Below, piece after piece: positions 39,571 through 49,903 of a DNA stretch of 64,000 bases (the stretch's first letter is position 1; every line of letters begins with the position of its first letter). Origin of the DNA: Gammaproteobacteria bacterium. GTDB lineage: Bacteria > Pseudomonadota > Gammaproteobacteria > Ga0077536. The notes beneath the pieces are model-generated. The model did not search any database, was not told the DNA's origin, and saw nothing but the letters and a program-made list of their open reading frames with translations. Both the position numbers and the translations under genes were made by a program. The stretch covers positions 2,848,001-2,912,000 of the forward strand of contig CAXXLL010000003.1 in assembly GCA_963662545.2 (NCBI GenBank). Direction: 5' to 3'.

Positions 39571-40926
39571 ATGTTGCATTTGATCAGGTTGGTCTGCGCG
39601 CTGTTCATCACCTCGGTGTTGGTGACGGCCACCGCGGACGAATCCCCGCTGCGGGACGCCATCAGCGCGGACTACGACTATCTCGCAGGCTTGTTCGAAC
39701 ACTTTCATCGCCATCCCGAATTGTCTTACCGGGAAGAAAAAACGGCTCGCCGTCTAGCGCGAGAACTGCGGGACGCGGGCGTTGAAGTGACCGAAGGCGT
39801 CGGTGGGACCGGGCTGGTGGGTATCATGAAGAACGGCGCGGGACCGGTCGTCATGCTGCGCGCCGATATGGATGGCCTCCCGATCGAAGAAAAGTCCGGC
39901 CTGTCCTATGGTTCGACGGCGCGACAGACGGATGTCGACGGCAGGGAATTCCCGGTGATGCACGCGTGTGGACATGATGTGCACATGACGGTGCTGGTCG
40001 GAACCGCGCGGCGGTTGCAGGCGATGCGGGACGATTGGCGGGGTACGATCGTGCTCGTCGGTCAACCCGCGGAAGAACGCATCGGAGGCGCGGCCAGGAT
40101 GCTGGAAGACGGCTTGTATCAACGTTTCCCACGCCCCGATTATGCGCTCGCGATGCACGTATCGAGCTCGCTGGAGACCGGAAAATTCCGGCTCGATCCG
40201 GGTATCGCGTTTTCGAGTTCCGACAGCATCGACCTCATCGTGCATGGCGTGGGCAGCCACGGTGCCTCTCCCCACCTGGGGAAAGACCCCGTTGTCATCG
40301 CCTCGCAGATCGTGCTCGCCCTGCAGACTCTGGTCGCGCGGGAGATCTCCCCGATGGAACCCGGCGTCGTTACAGTAGGCGCCTTCCATGCCGGGACTAA
40401 ACACAACATCATTTCCGATCGCGCGGAATTGCAACTGACCGTTCGTTCCGACCGGCTCGAGACACGTACCCGGCTGCTCGAAGGCATCAAGCGCATTGCG
40501 GAAAACATCGGGCGTGCCGCCGGTCTGCCCGAAGACCGCTTACCCGAGGTGCGCCCCCCGGTCGCCTCGACCTTGCCGACGATCAATGATCCGGAAATGA
40601 CTGGTCGAATACGAGGCGCGCTGATTTCACACTTCGGCGAGGACGCTTTCGTAGTCGAACCTCGCTCCGGAATGGGCGCCGAGGATTTTTCGTATTTCCT
40701 CCGGGTCGAACCGCCCGTACCCGGCGTTTACTTCCGCGTGGGCGGTACGCCCAAGGCCGCGTTCGAGGCCGCGGACGCCGGCGGTCCGCCCGTGCCCCCA
40801 CATCACTCACCCCTGTTCAGGATCGCACCGCGCCCCTCGATCGTGACCGGAGTCGAAGCCATGACGATCTCAGTGCTCGAGCTGCTGGGACGGCCCACTA
40901 GAGCCTTACCTCGAACAAGGAAATGA
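39571..40926 (+). CDS. M20D amidohydrolase with signal peptide
   Basis: HPELS, RADMDGLP, HACGHD, QPAEE, GAEDF, HHSP. Confidence 0.92.
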   Translation: MLHLIRLVCALFITSVLVTATADESPLRDAISADYDYLAGLFEHFHRHPELSYREEKTARRLARELRDAGVEVTEGVGGTGLVGIMKNGAGPVVMLRADMDGLPIEEKSGLSYGSTARQTDVDGREFPVMHACGHDVHMTVLVGTARRLQAMRDDWRGTIVLVGQPAEERIGGAARMLEDGLYQRFPRPDYALAMHVSSSLETGKFRLDPGIAFSSSDSIDLIVHGVGSHGASPHLGKDPVVIASQIVLALQTLVAREISPMEPGVVTVGAFHAGTKHNIISDRAELQLTVRSDRLETRTRLLEGIKRIAENIGRAAGLPEDRLPEVRPPVASTLPTINDPEMTGRIRGALISHFGEDAFVVEPRSGMGAEDFSYFLRVEPPVPGVYFRVGGTPKAAFEAADAGGPPVPPHHSPLFRIAPRPSIVTGVEAMTISVLELLGRPTRALPRTRK

Positions 40927-41971
40927 AGTCATTACTGCAAGGTAGTTTGCGTACCTCCCCGAAACCCGCCTCGGTGCATAGTTCGCGCACCACCTTTTCC
41001 GGCATTCCCAGGGTCCCCAGACCTTCGCCCTGGTTGGCCAGCGAGGTCGTCATGCAGTAGGTCAGGCTCATGCCGTATTTGAGCGTCGCCTCCGGCCCGC
41101 GATTTTCGTAGCGCTCGTCGGCCGCGGTGATCTCCTGCAGCACGTAGATGCCGCCCGGCTTGAGATGCCGGCGGATGTTTTCGAGCGCCTCGCGCGGCTT
41201 AGCCATGTCGTGGATGACGTCGAAGGTGAAAATGAGATCGAAATCACGCGGTAGCTCTTCGCTCGCGTCAAGGATCTCGAAACGCAGCTGGGCATCGACG
41301 CCCAGCTCACGCGCTTTATCGTTCGCGCCATCGACCTGCGGTGCGAAGGCGTCGTATCCCCAGAAACGGGACTTGGGATAGGCTTCGGCCATCATCATCA
41401 CTGCCGTGCCGCGCCCGCAGCCGACATCGACCGCATCCACGCCGCGCTCGAGCATGGCGACCACGTCCGGCATGTCCGGTAACCAGGTGTCGAGTAGAAA
41501 ATTGCGGTAGCGCAGACCACTCGATCGCTGCATGGACGAGTAGAGTTCCGGCCGAAACGACGATTGCGGTACGCCACCGCCATTTCTGAATGCCTCGACC
41601 AGTTCGTCAAAGGGCGCCATGCTGTAGGTCAACATGGACCACAGCGCGCCCTGGAAGAGAGGACTGGTGTCGTCGGCGAGTGGGCGGGCGTGTTCGGGAG
41701 GGAGCGAGAAGTTCGAAGACTCTGGATCGAATTCCACGTAAGCGGCCGCGGCCATCGCTTCCAGCCATTCGCGCGCATAACGCGCATCGATCCCGGTGCG
41801 CTTCGCGAAAGCGTCAGGGTTGGCCGGCCCGTTTTCGGCCAGATCCTTGAACAAGCCGAGCCGATCGCCGATCGCGCACAAGTGCAGGGTCACGGCGCCG
41901 GCGACGTCGCTGATCACTTTGCCGGTGAATGCTTTGGCGCGAGCCTTGTCGAAGTTCTTGGGTTTGTCCAT
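40898..41971 (-). CDS. Class I SAM-dependent methyltransferase with N-terminal wHTH
   Basis: GDRLGLF, RYAREWL, DVGCGRG, FD..HD, YCMTTSLA. Confidence 0.9.
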   Translation of the reverse strand: MDKPKNFDKARAKAFTGKVISDVAGAVTLHLCAIGDRLGLFKDLAENGPANPDAFAKRTGIDARYAREWLEAMAAAAYVEFDPESSNFSLPPEHARPLADDTSPLFQGALWSMLTYSMAPFDELVEAFRNGGGVPQSSFRPELYSSMQRSSGLRYRNFLLDTWLPDMPDVVAMLERGVDAVDVGCGRGTAVMMMAEAYPKSRFWGYDAFAPQVDGANDKARELGVDAQLRFEILDASEELPRDFDLIFTFDVIHDMAKPREALENIRRHLKPGGIYVLQEITAADERYENRGPEATLKYGMSLTYCMTTSLANQGEGLGTLGMPEKVVRELCTEAGFGEVRKLPCSNDFISLFEVRL

Positions 41972-41981
41972 TGCGTAAGTC

Positions 41982-42596
41982 CTATTCTACTGGCGCAAGC
42001 TTGGCTTGCATGATGGCAGCGACCTCGCGCTCGTTTTGGTTCTCAGAATTGCCCAGGGCGGCGATCACGCCGAGTTGATCCGCCTCCGAAGTATTCTGAT
42101 TGAACTTGAATTTTCCTTCGATCGATTCTATCGGGATTTCGATGCCGATGATGTGCTGCAGAAGCTTTTCCATAAGGGGTTCGGCCGTCGAAATTTTCCA
42201 GTTCTGATCGTGCTGTGCAACCAACCGCTCGACGATGGGATAGATGTCGGACGGATCCTCCATCACGCGAGCGCGCCCCCTCACGTGAACGGCAGCATAA
42301 GCCCAGGTCGGTACGGTCACGTGCTCGTCGTACCATGATGGTGATAGATAGCAATGCGGTCCCTGAAATATCACGAGCGATTCGCCGAGCGAGTCTAATG
42401 TTTTCCAATGCGTATTGGCGCGCGCAAAATGCGCAATGAGAAGGCCCCTCTCGCCGCGCGCGGCGTCGACCAGAAACGGCAGATGCGTCGCGTCGGGTTT
42501 CGCGCCACCCGTCGCGATAGTGCCGAAATTGTAACGCTCGATGAATCCGAACAGGGTCGCCGGGTCATCGACTCGGAACAGCTCGGGAATATACAT
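41982..42596 (-). CDS. PaiB-family FMN-binding split-barrel protein
   Basis: MYIP..F, ATHLPF, HFARAN.HW, YLSPSWY..VPTW.Y, GKFKFNQN. Confidence 0.88.
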   Translation of the reverse strand: MYIPELFRVDDPATLFGFIERYNFGTIATGGAKPDATHLPFLVDAARGERGLLIAHFARANTHWKTLDSLGESLVIFQGPHCYLSPSWYDEHVTVPTWAYAAVHVRGRARVMEDPSDIYPIVERLVAQHDQNWKISTAEPLMEKLLQHIIGIEIPIESIEGKFKFNQNTSEADQLGVIAALGNSENQNEREVAAIMQAKLAPVE

Positions 42597-42819
42597 TGGC
42601 GCGCTCTCCTTGAAGGCGTCGCTCGATCGCATTGGATCGGGCCATTCGACAGGATAGCACCAGGGTTCACACGCTTGGACAGACCTGCAGTAAAGCGCCA
42701 GGTTTACGACTATCGAGCACGAGGAATACTAAGCGGATGCATTTATCTCCCGATCGGATACGCTTGGGGTTTCACGATACACCGGGTCTATCTTTCTCCC
42801 AAATGGGTTTAGGACGTTT

Positions 42820-43185
42820 GTGATGACCGAAAGCCTGACTAAGAAGACCTGCACGCCTTGCCGCGGCGGTACACCGCCTTTGACCGCGCAAGCGGTGGCT
42901 CAATTTCTACCGCAGGCGCCCGGTTGGACGGTGATCGAGGACCATACGAAGATCGAAGGCCAGTTCAAATTTAACAACTTCAGATACGCACTGGAATTCG
43001 TCCGCCAGGTAGGTGAATTAGCCGAAGCACAGTTTCACCACCCGCTGTTCATAAATTTTGGCTGGGGGTTCGCCACCATCGTGCTGCAATCCAAGAAAAT
43101 AAAGGGCTTGCACGAGAACGATTTCATCATGGCGGCAAAAATCAACGAGTTCGCCAGCGCGTTGACCGTAGATTCCGACGTTTGA
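42820..43185 (+). CDS. phhB: Pterin-4-alpha-carbinolamine dehydratase
   Basis: CTPCRGG, F.FNNF, AE..FHHP, GLHENDFIMAAK. Confidence 0.88.
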   Translation: MMTESLTKKTCTPCRGGTPPLTAQAVAQFLPQAPGWTVIEDHTKIEGQFKFNNFRYALEFVRQVGELAEAQFHHPLFINFGWGFATIVLQSKKIKGLHENDFIMAAKINEFASALTVDSDV

Positions 43186-43283
43186 CCAAAAGCGCGTCCG
43201 CGGAGCTGTGTCCACGAGGCGGCGCTCTTGAAAGCAAACCGAAATCCCAGGCCTGCCTGCGACTGTCTTTCGTTCCAAAACTC

Positions 43284-44441
43284 CTAATTCTCCCTCGTTT
43301 TTCGCAGCGCCGCGGCGATCTTATTGAGCAGGTGATCGGCCAGGGCATGATGGCCGATTGTGGTCAGGGTGTGGTCATAGCGAAAATAGACGGGGCTCGA
43401 GCTGCGTTCCGCGAGCTTGCGAAGCAGCGGTGCTGCCATGATGCAGTCGAGTTCGAGTCGAGTACAGAATGCCTCGACGACCTCGATATCCGGCGCCGCA
43501 TAGTCGCGCGCCTCGAATCTGTAGGCGGCGCGTCCGTTCGCCCACTCGTCCGTGGACACCTGATGGGGCAGGGGAATGTGGATGAAGATGAATGGGAGGC
43601 CCCGTGCCTTGGCCATTGCGGCGAGCGCCGCCACGTGCTTTAAGGAATGCTGATGGAGCCGGGCTATTGTCTCGCGCGTACCGCGGGTCGCCGCGAAGAG
43701 ATCAGTTTTCGGATCGCCGGGTTCGACGGCTTCACGTGCGGTACGGGCTTCCCATTTGATTCTTAAAACCTTGAACAAGGTACTTCGGTCGAGGATAAAG
43801 CGGGTTTCCTGCGCCGTTGATGCAGGGCTTTCGTTCGCTGAGGCGGCTCTCAGTGCGAGGCCCTCGGCGTCAATTTCGGCGCCGGCGAGGAACCGATGGT
43901 CGGCGACAGGCATCAGGCTTGTATACACGAAAACCACGACGTCGGGGTCCAAGGATTCGATCAACTGGCGACCGAGCAGGTAGCTTTGCGCCGCGCCGTA
44001 GCCCGTCATGCCGGCATTAAATAAGCGCGTGCGGTAATGCATGTCTTCCATCTTGCGCAGCCGCCGCTCTATTTCTTTGACAAAAATCGAATCGGACATC
44101 ACGCCCCAGCCCTCTACAAACGAATCCCCGAGAACAATGACGTAGGGCGGGCGGCTGCCGGGATCAACCAGGCCGTATCCGCGCAAGTGGATATCGTTGA
44201 TCTGGTACAGGGCGACGAATTCGCCGTGCGCCGATTCGATGAGCTTGGAGGCATTGGCACGAAAGCGTCGACCGAGCACGAGGTCCGGCTCAACCAGTTC
44301 GGCGGGTAACTCGACTTCGTTCGGCTGGATCGGCGCGGGTAGTGCAGTTCCGTACGTCCACCGCGCCCACAATTCGGCCATGAGTAGCGCAACGAGCAGG
44401 GTCGTGGCGCCGCCAGCCGCGATCAACAGGGGTCGAATCAT
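43284..44441 (-). CDS. SGNH/GDSL hydrolase-like membrane-anchored protein
   Basis: N-terminal TM segment, LGDSFVEG, NAGMTGYG. Confidence 0.75.
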   Translation of the reverse strand: MIRPLLIAAGGATTLLVALLMAELWARWTYGTALPAPIQPNEVELPAELVEPDLVLGRRFRANASKLIESAHGEFVALYQINDIHLRGYGLVDPGSRPPYVIVLGDSFVEGWGVMSDSIFVKEIERRLRKMEDMHYRTRLFNAGMTGYGAAQSYLLGRQLIESLDPDVVVFVYTSLMPVADHRFLAGAEIDAEGLALRAASANESPASTAQETRFILDRSTLFKVLRIKWEARTAREAVEPGDPKTDLFAATRGTRETIARLHQHSLKHVAALAAMAKARGLPFIFIHIPLPHQVSTDEWANGRAAYRFEARDYAAPDIEVVEAFCTRLELDCIMAAPLLRKLAERSSSPVYFRYDHTLTTIGHHALADHLLNKIAAALRKTREN

Positions 44442-44593
44442 CCGAATCGTTTCACCTCTGCTCCCAAACGGCCGCGAAAAAATGAATATGGGGAGAGTAT
44501 AGGTAATTCGCAGGGCAATAAGTTATAAATAGTGCTGGCATATTGCTTATACTATTTTCTGAATTTTTGTCCCCGTATTTACAGGGTGTGTTA

Positions 44594-44917
44594 ATGAATG
44601 CAAAACACGTCATCGCGCGATTCTCCCTTGGGGAGCTCGTGCACCATAAGCTCTTCAATTATCGTGGGGTCGTGATCGATGTCGATCCGGAGTTTCAATT
44701 AACCGACGAGTGGTACGAGCAGGTTGCCCGCAGCCGGCCGCCCAAGGATCAGCCCTGGTACCACGTGTTGGTGCACAGTGGGACGCAACAGACTTACGTT
44801 GCGGAAAAAAATCTGGAGCCAGATGAAATCGGCGAGGCGATCGATCATCCTGCGGTCGACCGAATTTTCTCGGCGTTCCGCAACGGACGTTACGAAACCG
44901 AAAATCGCGCTAACTAA
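44594..44917 (+). CDS. hspQ: Heat shock protein HspQ (YccV domain)
   Basis: HKLFNYRGVVIDVDPEF, QPWYHVLV, TYVAEKNL. Confidence 0.9.
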   Translation: MNAKHVIARFSLGELVHHKLFNYRGVVIDVDPEFQLTDEWYEQVARSRPPKDQPWYHVLVHSGTQQTYVAEKNLEPDEIGEAIDHPAVDRIFSAFRNGRYETENRAN

Positions 44918-46146
44918 TTCAAATACCGGCTCGGATCGCTGGCTGCGGTGGCAGCCATGAGTACTTCGGGCCGCTGGTGGTATTCGGCTTTGGCGCGGTG
45001 CGCCGCATCGTCGGGCTGAGGGCCGATGTAGCTACCGAGATCGCGGCCCCATTGGATAACGGCATTGCCATAAGCGAGGCGCGTAGCTTCCCATTGTTCG
45101 AGTGCTTTCGCCTGATCGGTGTCACTCAGTGCGCGCGCCAGGGACGACGCATCGTCGGCCGCCTTTGAAACACCGAGCCCAACGTGCGGTCGGGCAGTGA
45201 AAGCGGCATCGCCGATCAGAATCGTCCGATCTTTGATGAGCTGCTCGCTGGCGAAGTCGGACATGCCCTGGATGAACGGCCACTCGGTCGCGTTGACGAC
45301 GGCTTGAATCTGGGGCGCGAGATATCGACGGGCTTCATCGCGCAAGCGTTCGACGTGTTCACGCCGGATTAAATCGTGCGGTATTCCGTGCTCATGGTAA
45401 CGGCCGCTGCCGTCGGTCAACAGATCACGGAGGATGGCGTCGTCACCGGTACGATACCATCCCCAATTAAACCAGCGCTTGCCTGCCTCGAGTGCATCGC
45501 CGGGGCCGGCGACGAGGTAGCCGAGCCAATGTCCGCCCGGTGCCATGCCCAAGGCCATACGTTGCTCGAACGCTTTGAGGACTGCGGCTGGAATGAGTTT
45601 TTCGTCGATCAGGCCCCGCCAACCGAAGTATCCGCAGTACTCGTTACGGATCTCGGGCGCAACGATAGCGCGTACCGTAGAGCGCGCGCCGTCCGCGCCG
45701 ATAAGCCAGTCGCCCGATTCGCGGGCGCCATTCTCGAATACGGCGGTAACGCCATCGGCACTCGTTTCGATGTCTGCCAGCGCGTGCCCATGATGGTATT
45801 CGGCGTCGGATACCTGTTCGCGTAGGAAGCGGTAGATGAGGCCCCACGAAGTCATGATCTGCGGCATGTCGTAGGTGCCGAGTACGCTGCCATCGGCATC
45901 GAACATGATCCGGCCGTAACAGCGTACGCCCATCTCGTCACGTAACTCGATGCCGGCCTCGCGCAGCGCTTCGTAGAGTTCGTCGTGGGTGGCGATTCCC
46001 GCGCCGCGATTCGCCAACTCCTCGCTCGCGCGTTCGTAGACGTCGACCTTCCAACCGCGGCTGCGCAGCATAATGGCGGCGAACAGACCGGCCATCGAAC
46101 CGCCGATGATGAGGACGCGCCCTTTGGAATAGTCGGCCTTGGTCAT
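44914..46146 (-). CDS. Single-component FAD-dependent monooxygenase (2,6-dihydroxypyridine 3-hydroxylase-like)
   Basis: GGSMAGL, RGAGI, GADGARSTVR, GDAAF.ARPH.G.G. Confidence 0.85.
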   Translation of the reverse strand: MTKADYSKGRVLIIGGSMAGLFAAIMLRSRGWKVDVYERASEELANRGAGIATHDELYEALREAGIELRDEMGVRCYGRIMFDADGSVLGTYDMPQIMTSWGLIYRFLREQVSDAEYHHGHALADIETSADGVTAVFENGARESGDWLIGADGARSTVRAIVAPEIRNEYCGYFGWRGLIDEKLIPAAVLKAFEQRMALGMAPGGHWLGYLVAGPGDALEAGKRWFNWGWYRTGDDAILRDLLTDGSGRYHEHGIPHDLIRREHVERLRDEARRYLAPQIQAVVNATEWPFIQGMSDFASEQLIKDRTILIGDAAFTARPHVGLGVSKAADDASSLARALSDTDQAKALEQWEATRLAYGNAVIQWGRDLGSYIGPQPDDAAHRAKAEYHQRPEVLMAATAASDPSRYLN

Positions 46147-46158
46147 CGCAATACCCGT

Positions 46159-47094
46159 TCAGGCAAACGCATTGCGCAGCGCCTGCGCGGCGTCGTCGAG
46201 TGCGGTAATGGCCTTGTCGACCTTGGCGCCCATGCGCATGAATCCGTGAATCATCCCCATATAACAGGTGTATTCGACCTCGACACCCGCGTGCTTCAGG
46301 GTATCGGCGTACTTTTTCCCTTCGTCAAGCAGCGGGTCGTATTCCGCCGTCTGAATGAAAGCCGGCGGCAGCCCGGAATGATCCAGCGCCTGCTGAGGTG
46401 AGGCGTGGGGGTCAGATCGGGAAATGCGATTGGGAAGGTACCAGTCGGTGAACTTTTCGACGGCGACTTTCGTCAACAGGTAGCCCGTCCCGTTTTTTTT
46501 CAGTGAATCGTTGTCAGCTAGAAAATCAACGGCAGGGTAGATCAGCAACTGCAGCTTGAGCAGCGGCGAGCCAGCGTCGCGCACGGCAAGGGCCACCGCG
46601 GCAGTCAAATTGGCGCCGGCCGAATCGCCGCCGATCGCGAGGCGTTTCGGATCGATGTTCAGTTCGGCGGCTGCCGAATCGACCCAGTGTACGGCGGCGA
46701 GGGCATCGTCGAACGGCGCGGGGAACTTGTGCTCGGGCGCCAGGCGGTAATCGACCGCGACGACGATGGCACCGCTGTTGGCGGCGAGATGACGGCACAT
46801 ATGGTCGTGCGTGTCGAGATCACCGACCACCCAACCGCCGCCGTGAAAGAATATGAGGGCGGGCGAGGGCGCATCGCCCTGCGTCCGGGGGCGGTATAGT
46901 CGCACCGGGATGTTACTCGCAGGGCCCGCGAACACGAGGTTGGCTATGCTGTCTAGCGTGGGGGTCTGGTGCCGGTAGAGATCCGTCGTCGCGGCGTAAC
47001 CGGATCGGACCAGCTTCGGATCATCGGCTTCGAACGGCGACCCGGCTTGCGCTGCGGCATCGACGATGGCCTGGCATTGGGGATCGAGCGACAT
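46159..47094 (-). CDS. HSL-family esterase/lipase
   Basis: HGGGW, DYRLAPEH, GDSAG, DPL.DEG, HGF. Confidence 0.93.
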   Translation of the reverse strand: MSLDPQCQAIVDAAAQAGSPFEADDPKLVRSGYAATTDLYRHQTPTLDSIANLVFAGPASNIPVRLYRPRTQGDAPSPALIFFHGGGWVVGDLDTHDHMCRHLAANSGAIVVAVDYRLAPEHKFPAPFDDALAAVHWVDSAAAELNIDPKRLAIGGDSAGANLTAAVALAVRDAGSPLLKLQLLIYPAVDFLADNDSLKKNGTGYLLTKVAVEKFTDWYLPNRISRSDPHASPQQALDHSGLPPAFIQTAEYDPLLDEGKKYADTLKHAGVEVEYTCYMGMIHGFMRMGAKVDKAITALDDAAQALRNAFA

Positions 47095-47206
47095 CAGCGC
47101 AGTATACGAAAATAGGCTTGGCGGCGGGTCAAGCTACGCTCGTTCAACGTCGTTAACAGGTTGTTAATGGAGTTCGATCATCTTCCGGGACTGTCGCGTC
47201 GATTCC

Positions 47207-47488
47207 TCACTCTCCGCCCAAAATAAACAGACTGTCCATCGCTTCTTTGCGCAAGGGCAAAAGGGCCTGGTACTCGTCGGAGTGGTACCAGTTCTTTGCC
47301 GCCTCCGCATCGGGGAACTCAAGTACGACGATTCGCTTATGGGGAGTCTCTCCATAAAGCGCCTGGAGCGGTCCGCCGGCGACCAGCTTGCCGCCATAGG
47401 CGGCGAGAGTCGGACCTGCGGCGCGTCCGTATTCCTGCATTTTGTCCGGGTCTTTGGGAGTCGCTTGAGCGACGATGTAAGCGGCCAT
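47207..47488 (-). CDS. DUF1330 domain protein
   Basis: YGGK, VVLEFPD..A..WY.S.EYQ. Confidence 0.88.
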   Translation of the reverse strand: MAAYIVAQATPKDPDKMQEYGRAAGPTLAAYGGKLVAGGPLQALYGETPHKRIVVLEFPDAEAAKNWYHSDEYQALLPLRKEAMDSLFILGGE

Positions 47489-47569
47489 GATGTGCTCCTC
47501 GTTTAACTTGGCGTCGTTTGAATCTGTGATTTAGCGGTACCAGCTCTGTCGGCGTACCCCATCCAGCGG

Positions 47570-48376
47570 TTACAGAAACTTCTCAAGGGCGCGCTCTGAT
47601 GCAGTCCAAAATGCGTCAGCCAGCTTACCGTCGCGCGCCGCGACGGTAGGCTTTTTCTCCCTGCAGCCGACGAAATACCTGCCGCTCAGGCCTTCGACTT
47701 TGGGCGAGGTTGCGAGATGAACCGAGGTCGCTGCACCGTCCTGAACCGAGCCTCCGCCCTTGCTAAAACCGGCGCGTAGGAGTTTCGTGGCGACGACTCC
47801 GGGATGCAGCGCATTGGCGGTCGTCTCGCCGCCGCGCATTCTATCCGCAAGGGCGTGTGTGAAGAGCAGATTTGCAAGCTTGGAGGTGCCATAGGCTCCG
47901 TAGGCACTCCAGTCGCGCGATAGTTCCAAATCTTTTATGTCCAGTTTTGCGCCCTGATGTGTCATCGAACTCACGGTGACGATACGTCCGCGAGGCGCGC
48001 ATTCGATCGTAGGCAACAAGCGTCTGGTCAGTAAAAACGAAGCAAAGTGGTTGACTGCCATCGTCATCTCGAAGCCGTCTTCGCTCACGCGCCGCTCTTT
48101 TTCGTACACACCCGCGTTATTGATCAATACATCGAGCTGTGGGACCAGCGCATTGACCTGATCGGCCATGCTTGCGACCTCGCACATGCGCGAGAAATCC
48201 CCCCACACCGGCGTCGCGTTCGCCGACCCGCTCTCCGCATTCAGCGCGGATGCTGCCTCCGTGGCCTTGGATTCACTGCGGCCATGAACCAGTACGTGCA
48301 GGCCGTGCTCCAGCAGCCGGCGGGCAGTTTCCCGCCCGATCCCGTCTGTCGCGCCAGTGACGAGTGCGGTTTTCAT
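47570..48376 (-). CDS. Short-chain dehydrogenase/reductase
   Basis: TGATDGIG, NNAG, YGTSK; ATG overlaps the stop of the upstream ALDH gene (ATGA). Confidence 0.9.
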   Translation of the reverse strand: MKTALVTGATDGIGRETARRLLEHGLHVLVHGRSESKATEAASALNAESGSANATPVWGDFSRMCEVASMADQVNALVPQLDVLINNAGVYEKERRVSEDGFEMTMAVNHFASFLLTRRLLPTIECAPRGRIVTVSSMTHQGAKLDIKDLELSRDWSAYGAYGTSKLANLLFTHALADRMRGGETTANALHPGVVATKLLRAGFSKGGGSVQDGAATSVHLATSPKVEGLSGRYFVGCREKKPTVAARDGKLADAFWTASERALEKFL

Positions 48377-49875
48377 GAACGCTTGTAATAGGGTGGGATT
48401 TCCGCCGCGTAATTCACCCACACGGATTTCGACTCGGTGTATTCGTTCATGCACTCCACACCCAGGTCGCGGCCGAAGCCGGATTGGCCGACGCCGCCGA
48501 AGGGCGATCCCGGGTGCACGCGCTTGTAGCAGTTGATCCACACCATGCCGGCGTCGATGGCATCGGCGACACGATGCGCGCGCGCCAAATCGGTCGTCCA
48601 CAAACCGCTGCCGAGACCGTATTCGGTCGCGTTAGCGAGCTCGATGGCCTCTGCTTCGTCTTTGAAGCGGGTCACGGTCACGAACGGGCCGAAGACTTCC
48701 TGGGTAAACACCGTGTCGCCCGGCCGGGCTTCGACCACGGTCGGTTTTAAAAAGCAGCCCGCGTTCAATTCAGGCTCGTCGGGAACGCCGCCGCCGCTGA
48801 GTATGGTGTTGCCTTCCTTGTGACAGGTTTCGATGTAGGCCAGCACGCGCTCCTGGTGCAGGCGCGACGTCAGCGGCCCCATTTCGGTTTCTGGATCGAG
48901 CGGATCGCCGAGCCGGATTGATTCGGCGAGCGCGATGAACTTTTCGAGAAAGGCGTCGGCGATGTTTTCATGGAGCAGCAGACGCGAGCCTGCAATGCAG
49001 GCCTGCCCCTGGTTATGAAAAATGGCGAAGGCCGAGCCGCCCACGGCGGCCGGAATGACCGCATCATCGAACACGATGTTCGGCCCTTTACCACCGAGTT
49101 CGAGCGAGACACGTTTGAGGTTTCCCGCGGACGCTTCGATGATCTTGCGGCCGGTCGCGGTCGAACCGGTGAAGGCCAGCTTGTTTACATCCGGATGTTC
49201 GGCCAGCCGCTGGCCGGCCGTATGACCGTAGCCGGGCACGATGTTGACGACGCCGTCCGGGATCCCGACCTCCTGCATGAGTTCGGCGAGACGGAGTGTC
49301 GTCAGCGGCGTGATTTCCGACGGCTTCATCACGACCGTGTTGCCGGCCGCCATCGCCGGACCCAGTTTCCAACTGCAGAACATGAGTGGAAAGTTCCACG
49401 GCACGATCTGACCGACGACGCCGACCGGCTGACGCTTGACGATGTTGAGGAATCCCGGCTCTACGGGTACCTGCCGCCCGTCGATCTTGTCAGCGAGCCC
49501 GGCGAAATACCGAAAATTGAGCAAGGATCGTGGGACGTCGAGAAACCGCGTGTCCCTGATCGGATGTCCGGTATCGATCGCTTCGAGTTCGGCGAGTTCG
49601 TCGAAGCACGACTCCATTTTCTCGACCAGCTTGTATAGCAGGCGGCCGCGCTCCGACGCAGCCATGCCCGCCCATGCGGGGAAGGCCGCGCGCGCCGCGG
49701 CCACTGCTCGATCAACATCGGCCTCCCGTGCTTCCGCAATTTCGAACAATTCTTCGTTGTTGAACGGGTTGACGACGCTGATGCGTCCGCCGTCGACGGC
49801 ATCGACCCATTCACCGCCGATGAAGAGCTGGCGCGGCAAACGGTCTAGATCCACAACCTTGGTTTTGTCCAGCAT
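48373..49875 (-). CDS. hapE: 4-hydroxymuconic semialdehyde dehydrogenase
   Basis: DTGHPIRD, LELGGK, AIFHNQGQACIAGSRL, NCYKRV.PGSPFGG; follows the hydroquinone dioxygenase genes. Confidence 0.85.
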   Translation of the reverse strand: MLDKTKVVDLDRLPRQLFIGGEWVDAVDGGRISVVNPFNNEELFEIAEAREADVDRAVAAARAAFPAWAGMAASERGRLLYKLVEKMESCFDELAELEAIDTGHPIRDTRFLDVPRSLLNFRYFAGLADKIDGRQVPVEPGFLNIVKRQPVGVVGQIVPWNFPLMFCSWKLGPAMAAGNTVVMKPSEITPLTTLRLAELMQEVGIPDGVVNIVPGYGHTAGQRLAEHPDVNKLAFTGSTATGRKIIEASAGNLKRVSLELGGKGPNIVFDDAVIPAAVGGSAFAIFHNQGQACIAGSRLLLHENIADAFLEKFIALAESIRLGDPLDPETEMGPLTSRLHQERVLAYIETCHKEGNTILSGGGVPDEPELNAGCFLKPTVVEARPGDTVFTQEVFGPFVTVTRFKDEAEAIELANATEYGLGSGLWTTDLARAHRVADAIDAGMVWINCYKRVHPGSPFGGVGQSGFGRDLGVECMNEYTESKSVWVNYAAEIPPYYKRS

Positions 49876-49903
49876 GGTGTCTTTAACTGTATGCAACCAT
49901 CGG